This document shows, one piece after another, positions 56,673 through 64,000 of a DNA stretch of 64,000 nt. The stretch is taken from positions 62,001-126,000 of IMG/VR virus record IMGVR_UViG_3300033143_001962; one strand, given 5' to 3'. Numbering within the stretch: position 1 is the first letter of the stretch; every line of letters begins with the position of its first letter. Under the pieces are notes generated by a model. That model saw nothing but the letters and a program-made list of their open reading frames with translations. It did not search any database and was not told where the DNA came from. The position numbers and the translations under genes were made by a program.

Positions 56673-58802
56673 TTAAATAATTGTGATTTTTGTGTCTGCG
56701 TTGATGTCTTTTTCAACTTCAACAATTGACCCAGTTAAGTACTCTGAGTTGATTGTTTCAATATCGTACGGTGTAACATCTCCACCAAAAGAGAATACAA
56801 AATCTGCATCGTCTTTGTCTTCGACAATCTTACCACGTGCAATAGCGTGTATTTCAAATAGCTCGCCTAGTGATACCTTGTTGTCAAGTGTAGTGAACGC
56901 TTCAACAGTTTCTTCGATTGAGGCACGATTGTTCTCAACGTTGTTGCCACTAGTGCCCCAACGTCCGCCAAAGTTGAAACCGCTGCGGTTTGATGTAGTG
57001 ATATCTGTCCAAATAACCTTACGTTCTTTAAGATCAAACACTGCTGGAATTGTAACAACAGCTTCACCGTTAAGATCAACCTTTTGTTCAACAGTTTTAG
57101 GCTCAAAGATTTCGTTACTCTTAACCTTGTCGCGTGTCATCCAACCTGCAAAGCAAGTATCAATTTCACTAAACTTTTCACCACTGTAGCTTAACACGTT
57201 CATAACAACATAACGAATCTTTTTAGAACTCGCTAGTGCTTCTTTAATGTTAATGTCAACGAACTCACTTGCGCCATTATGTGCGCTTGTGATATCACCA
57301 CTGTGGTACGCTTGTATGTCTGCTGACTTCAAGTGTGTGTATGAAATGTGTTCAACTAACTTAAAGTTCTCATCATGGAATGATGCACTTAAGTCAATGT
57401 CGTTACCTTTCCAGTAAACAAAGAAACGTAAAGCATCCTTGTCTCCCATTGGCATACGTGTGCCACGTGCAACTTCTTTCAAGCCTTCACTAGCACTGCG
57501 CATACCAGTTGGTAATGGACATTCGTACATAGCTGGGTCAATAAACACATTACCTAACTGTTCGCCACCTTTGAAGCGACGATCTAAAGAGTCAGTAATT
57601 GTGCTAATAACTGCTTGAACGGTTGGGGCAGGTAACCTTGCAAGTTCGTTGCGAAGTACATAAGCCTTGGCAATGCTGCCCTTAGGGAATACAACACGTT
57701 TTTCAACATCTTCTGTGCGTGTCTTAAAAGACCCCCAAAGTTGTGTCAAGTTACGCGCTGGTACTTGGTCAACTACTTCCGCAAATGTGCGGATAACTGT
57801 TTGTCGATCACTAAGTGATGTCGCGGCTAACATGCGTCCCATGTTACGTGCAAAGATGCCTGGGCGAGTCTTAGCCAATGCAGTTGCCGCAACCATGTCA
57901 CCGCACTGCATAGCTTCTTCAAACTTGCCGTTGAATGTTTCAATCTTAATGTTCTCACGTAACTTCTTAGCCATTTCGAATATTGACTTACTGTAGTCGC
58001 CAACATGCAAGCTGTGGAATAATTTAACCCACTTCTTACCATGACGTACAAAATCTTCTTCACGCGCTACATTCTCAAGAGCTTTAACTAATAGGCGTCG
58101 AGTTGGGCGTGAAAAAGACTTAAACTTGGTATTTTCCGCAAGTGAAATGTCACCACCACTTAGGTACGTAGCAATACGTAAGACATCAGTTGTGTCTTTA
58201 ACAATGCGTGAATCCCACATGTCGTTTTCTAAGAACAGTCCTGCAAGTAAGCAAGCATTTTCTTTGAAAGGCATTACTGGAATATTAAATGTGCGATCTT
58301 GTTCGACAAACCACTTAATCACTTCTTTGCTTGAATCTGAAATAGAATCGTTTGAAGAAAGAATTGTAGTGAACACGTCGTTGACCTCAGCTTCTGTTAC
58401 TAAGCTAAGAGTTTTGAACTTAGTGTTCTCAAATGCTACTGGGCGGTCTGCTACTGTGAAGTTTGGAATCCACTTGCCTTTAGTAAAGTAATGAGACATA
58501 GCTGATATATACAAAGAAATATCAGACGCGTTCATTACTTGCTCTGGGAAGTTTGGATAGAAAGGCTTGTGCTTAACGTTTGCTCCTACGCTCTTTTTGA
58601 GGATAGGCAGCACTTCGTTATACAGTGAAGTGATATCTGTTTTAGAAAGTTCGCTTAGTGCATCGGCAAGTTCTTCATTAGGCATGTACCCGTAAGCCAT
58701 CATTTCACTGATGAAGCTTAAGCTACGCCCCATGTCTAATTCTTGCTCAGACTGGTTAATAACAATGCCTTTGCAATATTTTATAGCGATCTTTTGTAAC
58801 AT
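56673..58802 (-). CDS. Large TerD/TerF-domain stress-response-like protein
   Basis: C-terminal DIDLSA...HSGDIT...GASEFVDI TerD-fold motifs; N-terminal PFYPNFP.QV; GGAG SD. Confidence 0.7.
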   Translation of the reverse strand: MLQKIAIKYCKGIVINQSEQELDMGRSLSFISEMMAYGYMPNEELADALSELSKTDITSLYNEVLPILKKSVGANVKHKPFYPNFPEQVMNASDISLYISAMSHYFTKGKWIPNFTVADRPVAFENTKFKTLSLVTEAEVNDVFTTILSSNDSISDSSKEVIKWFVEQDRTFNIPVMPFKENACLLAGLFLENDMWDSRIVKDTTDVLRIATYLSGGDISLAENTKFKSFSRPTRRLLVKALENVAREEDFVRHGKKWVKLFHSLHVGDYSKSIFEMAKKLRENIKIETFNGKFEEAMQCGDMVAATALAKTRPGIFARNMGRMLAATSLSDRQTVIRTFAEVVDQVPARNLTQLWGSFKTRTEDVEKRVVFPKGSIAKAYVLRNELARLPAPTVQAVISTITDSLDRRFKGGEQLGNVFIDPAMYECPLPTGMRSASEGLKEVARGTRMPMGDKDALRFFVYWKGNDIDLSASFHDENFKLVEHISYTHLKSADIQAYHSGDITSAHNGASEFVDINIKEALASSKKIRYVVMNVLSYSGEKFSEIDTCFAGWMTRDKVKSNEIFEPKTVEQKVDLNGEAVVTIPAVFDLKERKVIWTDITTSNRSGFNFGGRWGTSGNNVENNRASIEETVEAFTTLDNKVSLGELFEIHAIARGKIVEDKDDADFVFSFGGDVTPYDIETINSEYLTGSIVEVEKDINADTKITII

Positions 58803-58822
58803 TTAACACTCCTTAAATAAGT

Positions 58823-59038
58823 GACGGAAAGTAAAGTGACTAAGTTTTTATCAATTAAAAGTAGAAGGAAGTCAACTCCATAGCCGTCTAAATTGTAAAT
58901 TAGGGTATAGGAAAGAGCAAGTGGTATGTGTTTTTCTTGTGCTGACCGCAAAAGGAGGTATTAAGTCCTTAAGCTAAGTCAGCTTCTCAGTTTGTAGAAG
59001 GAACCATTCCGGGCACAACCCCCGCTTGCATAGCCTAT
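58823..59038 (-). ncRNA. Tandem two-copy structured RNA motif in the leader of the TerD-like gene
   Basis: Two units sharing CTATG, TTCCTTCTAC and CTTT, closed by covarying stems GACGG/CCGTC and ATAGG/CCTAT. Confidence 0.6.
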
Positions 59039-59045
59039 GTAGTGT

Positions 59046-59073
59046 ATTATACAGTGATTTTAGGTAAAGTCAA
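59046..59073 (-). promoter_or_regulatory. Sigma70-type promoter
   Basis: TTGACT-16-TATAAT immediately 5' of the tandem RNA motif. Confidence 0.75.
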
Positions 59074-60284
59074 CCTATTTCTGCATCTTTTAAAAATTTC
59101 ATTAAATCACCGGTTTGGTGCTTGTTTGCAACAACATCATCTAGCATTTCAGCTGTTAACTCGTAATCATCTGATCGTATTAAACAAATTTTTGGGTACA
59201 TATCGCTATTCATTCGCAACCGTATACCCATACCACGCATTGCATCACTGTCTTGTTTGATTTCTTTTTTGTAGAAATTACCGTCTGATAATGTGTTCAT
59301 TATCTTTGCATCATCGCCTGAGATACCAGCAGGTACTGTAACCTCGTACCATGTGTCAACGACAGGCACTTCGCCAAACCGTTGCCTTACTGTAAATATG
59401 TATCTGTGCATATCGCTCATTTAATGACCCCAGTCTTTAAAAAATTTATCTAACCGTCTCCATGCTACCAAGCCGACGCCAGCAATAAAAAAAATTGCAC
59501 TTGCAATAAAAAATCCTAGCATTAACTTCATTACTTCTTCCTTTTTGGTTTTAATTTATTATACAGGAAAGTTACGTATATTGCAAGAAAAACAATACCG
59601 GCAATAACAAGTAATACATCTTCATTCATTACATTTTCCCTGTAGTAGTTACACTATCTAAATTAACTGTAGCTGATGCATCTGTGATTTCAGGTGGATC
59701 GGGCCATTCGGGTAATTCTTCAACGTCTTGAGTTGGGATAAGTGTATTGAGCATATTGCGTAAATTGTTGAAAAATGCTGCGAGAATGTTAACAGTGATC
59801 ATAAGTGGCCAAATTGCCGATGCGACAATAATACCAATGATCTGTTTATCGTTGTACTTATTTGACTTTAACGCTTTTGTCGCAACAAACGCCATTGCAA
59901 TTATTAATCCGATGTTGTACGTAAAAATAAAATAGTGTGCTTCTATAAAATCCATCATTACCATTCTACCCAAAATTCAATTGAGTCCGCCCCATTGCCG
60001 AACTCCTCAAAGAACCACTTAGTTACGATGTGTTTGAAGTCATCTTCTGGTAAGTCTTCAAGCACTTCATCGTACATAACAAAATAACTATCACGCTGTA
60101 CATCACACTGATCAATTAACCAATGCCAGTAATTTTGGTACGGTACTCCTTCATCGCCAGGCGACCAATTTGCATAGTTATCAATATCGATATTGTGTTT
60201 ATCGTTAATGTAATCTCTGCACTCGTGATAATCAAGTGCTGATTTAGTTTTTGGTTGTGGTTTATTCATATAGCCAACTTGCAT
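59070..60284 (-). other. Short hypothetical ORFs, some membrane (59070..59420, 59629..59973, 59958..60284)
   Basis: ORF track; candidate promoter TTGCAA-17-TATAAT at 59586-59558. Confidence 0.6.
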
Positions 60285-60796
60285 CTGTTGATGCGTTGCA
60301 TTAATTCAATTTCCCAATCGTTATAAAATCTTTCGCTACCTGATTCAAATTTAAGAATTTTGTTTCTTTCCCAATTTTGTCTATCGTACGAATCACGCGG
60401 CATCCGTTTAACCTTATTCATTAACTTAATGCCTTCGTAAATCTCAGGCGGAAGAACAAGCCCAAAGCTTGATGCTGCATCGTCGATGCCTTCTTCACTG
60501 AACAATGCAAAAGGATACGGACTGTAGCCATCGTAGTGCTCGTTTAATCTTTCACTGTCACTGTCTAAATCACCTTCTAAGAATGAATTAAACTCTAGCA
60601 AGTCTTGGCTGAAGCCACCGTTTAACAGTATCATTGTTTTATGCTCGGCAGCCCAGTCGTAATACATTTCATCCTGTCCATCCTGCCACCCAGCACGACC
60701 ATTGTACTTAACAGCCATGTCGCCGATGACGTGTCCGGCTTGTATACCTTGTTGTATAGAACTCAGGTACATGTTTCCAAATGCGTAAAATCTCAT
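60266..60796 (-). CDS. Peptidyl-tRNA hydrolase II-like protein
   Basis: S..Q.GIQAGH..., W....K..ILL.GG, F.E.GI...A...LV, resembling the Pth2 Q-x-x-HA / W-x-x-x-G-x-x-K layout. Confidence 0.45.
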   Translation of the reverse strand: MRFYAFGNMYLSSIQQGIQAGHVIGDMAVKYNGRAGWQDGQDEMYYDWAAEHKTMILLNGGFSQDLLEFNSFLEGDLDSDSERLNEHYDGYSPYPFALFSEEGIDDAASSFGLVLPPEIYEGIKLMNKVKRMPRDSYDRQNWERNKILKFESGSERFYNDWEIELMQRINRCKLAI

Positions 60797-61332
60797 TTTA
60801 ATATCCTGTGTTAAAAATTAATAATGTAAATTAGAAAGCTGAAAATTATTACTAACTTAATAGCGTCGATGAACCCATAGCGATAATTCTCTAACTTAGA
60901 ATCTTTATCAGTACGGCCAAATTCTAAGAATTTTCTCATGTTAATAATTTTGCCTTTAGTTTAATAAACATGAACTCTTTCATGTCTACTTTTGTGTCTT
61001 GTCCTTGGCGGTGCTTGCGATATCTAACACCGCGTTTATCTTCGAGCCAAATTCTATTTGCACTGTATCCTACAATGCCTGGCATTGTATCACTTCCTCT
61101 AAGATTCACGTCCATTTTGTAGATACCAGCCGGCGTTTCCTTTAAAGGACTAACAGTACGTGATGCACAACCTTGAAGTAATTCAATATATAACATTACA
61201 GTCCGTAAATTCGAATCATTTCTAATGCGCCAACGCCCGTTAAGAACATTGTGCCCGCAACCATTAACGCCATAAAAGAAACAGTGCCTATGTACAGAGC
61301 ACTACGTTTTGTAAAATTAATTGCTATTGTTT

Positions 61333-61683
61333 TCATTTTGGATATCCTGTACAAATGTGATTGCCGTAAGTATCTACTCGTTGCGTTAATGTATTGCCAA
61401 CACCTGGTCCACTTAGGTAATGGCAGCCTGTTAAGTTATCAATGTGTACACCCATGCCACTAATCTTACCTTCGGCTGCATTGTCGGAAGAATCGTAAGC
61501 AATAGGTTTCTTAGCTTCGTTAGCTGTGATTGCATTGTTTCGTAATGATGTGCCTGCGATTGCAACTATTACACCTATCACCGCAATGATGATCATCAAC
61601 TCAATAGTGTGAAGTCCGAGCCACCGCGCTGCTTGTTTTATTAATGCAACTGGCTTTCTAAAATAAAGTAGATTCAGTTTCAT
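61333..61683 (-). CDS. Pilin-like protein (class III signal peptide fused to a small Cys-pair domain)
   Basis: G|LHTIELMIIIAVIGVIVAIA against the canonical G|FTLIELMIVVAIIGILAAIA, with Glu at +5. Confidence 0.6.
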   Translation of the reverse strand: MKLNLLYFRKPVALIKQAARWLGLHTIELMIIIAVIGVIVAIAGTSLRNNAITANEAKKPIAYDSSDNAAEGKISGMGVHIDNLTGCHYLSGPGVGNTLTQRVDTYGNHICTGYPK

Positions 61684-63783
61684 TTCTTTCTCTCCAAACT
61701 TTCATAAATTGTTTATCAACATCTAAGCTAACGTAGTCAGAACCTTGCATACCTTGTTCACTGTAGCCTACATCTTGCCCGGTTAACCCTGCTGTAAACA
61801 ATGCAAGTTTTAACATTTCTAGGAACTTGGCATCAGTGTAAATTAACCCGTTTACTTCTACCTCCCAAGTACTTGTATCAAAGTACACCAGCAATTCGCC
61901 GTACTCTGGAAGTTCACCTTCTTCTTCCCAAGTTGAAACTTCAATGTGAGTTGTCTTAACATCACGTTTTAACGTCGACCATAGCCCCATACCGTCCGTG
62001 CATAATGTAGTTTCAAATTTCATCTGCTTCCTCTAATTCTTTTTCAAAAGTAATCAATGCTTCATAGCACCTACGCTTCATTGCAACACCCTCCGGCAAC
62101 ATAGCAATTATCTCTTGCATACCTTCAATACTTCTATCTTCGTAGGACTGTAAGAAATCTTGTGACATGGCCATAACAAGTTCTTGCTCAGCTTTTAACA
62201 ATGCTGCCTTAGCTTTGTTAAACTTGTTAATTTCTTTAGTTGGACGTTTCATTATCGTCCTCTACCATTTCGATGCTGTGACCACATGCTAGTTCTCCGT
62301 ATACTACACTACCGAGTAATTCCAGTACCGGAGTATTGTTTAGTATTTCATGTGCTGTGTCTAAATCCTCAGCTTGTATGTACTTTGTAATAGTGTGTCT
62401 AAACACGGTTACCTTACATTTAAATGTTGGCATTTGCTTTTCCTAATGTTACTACATGACAAGTCTCAGACACTTCGTCTTCCGCTTTTTCAATGTGTAC
62501 TAAAATTTGACCACGCTCAGTGACTAAGTTCTCAACCTGTCGTAACCACCATGTCGCTGTAATTTTAGCATTTTCTCGCGAGTATTGATTCGCTTCGCAA
62601 CTATCATCGGCTAATGCATCGTCGCCTGCACCGCTAACAAATTGCTCGTCACCTTGTGTACAAGTTACTATTACAACGTACATTATACAACCTCCTTCAC
62701 AGGAATAACATCGTTACCTACTTTAAGTTCAAGTAAGTCTTCTATTAGTAATAAACGATTACGACCTTTTACACTAACGTAATAACCACCTCTTGTTTCC
62801 TTGCGCCAGTACACCATTTTATTAAAATGATTTGGTCTTGTGAACTTAAGTGGCTTTAAAATCCCATCAATCTTTAAACTGTAAAGCTTCTTATCTTCAA
62901 CATTAAAGAAGTAACCTGCGTACTTTGTTGCTGCGTACGGTGCTGGTAAAGTAACCATTAGTAAAATGCTCCTAAGCCGTACCCGACATATATGCCAAAT
63001 AAGAAAAACATAACGGCAGTACCAGCTATCCGTAAAATAGGATACGTAAGTTCTTCACCGTGTGAGATAATTTTAAAATGTTCGTTTTTCATTAATCTAT
63101 CTCCGCGTTATATGTTTCAACTGGACCAACCGGGTAGTGTTCAACTTCTACACGAATGATTCCGCTTGTCCAACGTTTTGCCGCTCTAATTGCTGCCTTC
63201 AACCCTTGCTGCGTGGTCGCGACGCGAGACTTGCATCTGACTTCATCATTGCCGAGTCGCTCAGTCATGCCGCATGGCCCTAACTTGAACACGCCAGTAA
63301 CAATCCAAACACCTTCTACGTTTTTATTAGCCATTAGTAACCCATCATCATTGCAGTTACAGGAAGTACAGCAAGTAACATGCTAGTTAATACTGCCGCC
63401 CCAAAATAATTTTTAATAAATTCCATTATTCTTTCTTCCCATCTAAGTAGTTAAGTAACATTATAAATATGCCTAACACTGTGAAGCCTAATCCAATTGT
63501 TAAGAAGCCATGCACCGGCTGAAATTGTTCCATGTTGCCAATACAAAGTCCAGTTATTAAAAGTCCAACCACGTATATAAGCATATTACACCCAAGGTTG
63601 ATTTAAAATATGCGACATAAGCATTAACTTACTCGCGTTGTTGTTTTCAAAAGAAACTTTAAACATGGTCTTACCAAATACAGGATCATATGGATTGCCA
63701 ATAAAACGACCATCGTACTTCATAACTAATAATTGAATAGTACGTGCAAATCTCCAGTGATTATAAAAAGTTAACGTGGTCAT
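61658..63783 (-). other. Run of short hypothetical ORFs
   Basis: Coupled 40-121 aa ORFs on the minus strand. Confidence 0.65.
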
Positions 63784-63998
63784 TAGTTGTTGTCCTTTTT
63801 AAGTACAAACATTGTTACAATTTTTGGATCTACTTTAATTAAATCACGTGTGTATCTAGTATCATTCCGAACATACACATCGCCGTATACTTTAGTAACA
63901 ACGGCAGCATCAGCAATAAATTGTGTAATCTCAACTATAACTGGATCAATGTACTCGCCACCTGATGCAAATGCATAATCGCCTATTGCTAAGTCTTG
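63783..63998 (-). CDS. 3' part of a hypothetical protein truncated by the window end
   Basis: Open frame QDLAIGDYAFASGG...DPKIVTMFVLKKDNN*; its stop overlaps the next ATG. Confidence 0.6.
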   Translation of the reverse strand, partial: QDLAIGDYAFASGGEYIDPVIVEITQFIADAAVVTKVYGDVYVRNDTRYTRDLIKVDPKIVTMFVLKKDNN

Positions 63999-64000
63999 CC

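Noticed and set aside
53103-59038. Assigning the two leader RNAs to known riboswitches (NAD+-I/II, c-di-GMP-I, glycine) or to Y RNA
   Set aside because: I could not find the diagnostic conserved nucleotides by eye; they are left unassigned pending an Infernal search.
238-63386. Many antisense or nested ORFs in the track (e.g. 238..624, 10006..10446, 16562..17008, 48496..48966, 56683..57189)
   Set aside because: They shadow well-supported genes on the other strand or frame, are Ser/Ile-rich, and lack an SD or motifs.
1-64000. Stop-codon reassignment, as seen in some jumbo phages
   Set aside because: Known enzymes are full length in the standard code, and TAA, TGA and TAG all end genes cleanly.
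1-64000. Prophage, integrase or IS element
   Set aside because: No integrase, transposase, terminal inverted repeats or host-like flanking genes were seen; the window is phage-like throughout.

Overview
A 64-kb, AT-rich, densely coding segment of a large lytic dsDNA phage. It looks like a distant T4-related jumbo myophage and uses the standard genetic code. A proteobacterial host is inferred from TTGACY-16/17-TATAAT promoters, IHF-consensus sites, an outer-membrane beta-barrel and a type IV pilin-like N-terminus. Bases 1-15.4 kb form one + strand operon of tailoring enzymes: six paralogous radical SAM proteins with an N-terminal twitch/SPASM-like Cys domain (a seventh at 28.4 kb), two cupin/2OG-Fe-like proteins, an SGNH-like protein, two glycosyltransferase-like proteins and a NodU/TobZ-type carbamoyltransferase. 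Small ORFs sit between them, including a lone tail-sheath C-terminal domain. The rest is almost all - strand: thyA/folA, a MoxR AAA + vWA/HExxH pair, tRNA-Thr(UGU), PseT, a tail-fibre-like repeat protein, a GT2 synthase + beta-barrel + diguanylate cyclase module, a NAD module (nadM-Nudix, nadA, nadV) behind a structured leader, SPFH, a TerD-like protein behind a tandem covarying RNA motif, a pilin-like protein, and two expanded families of tiny paralogous ORFs. No CRISPR array, transposon or intron was found. All functional calls come from motif recognition by eye; no database search was run.
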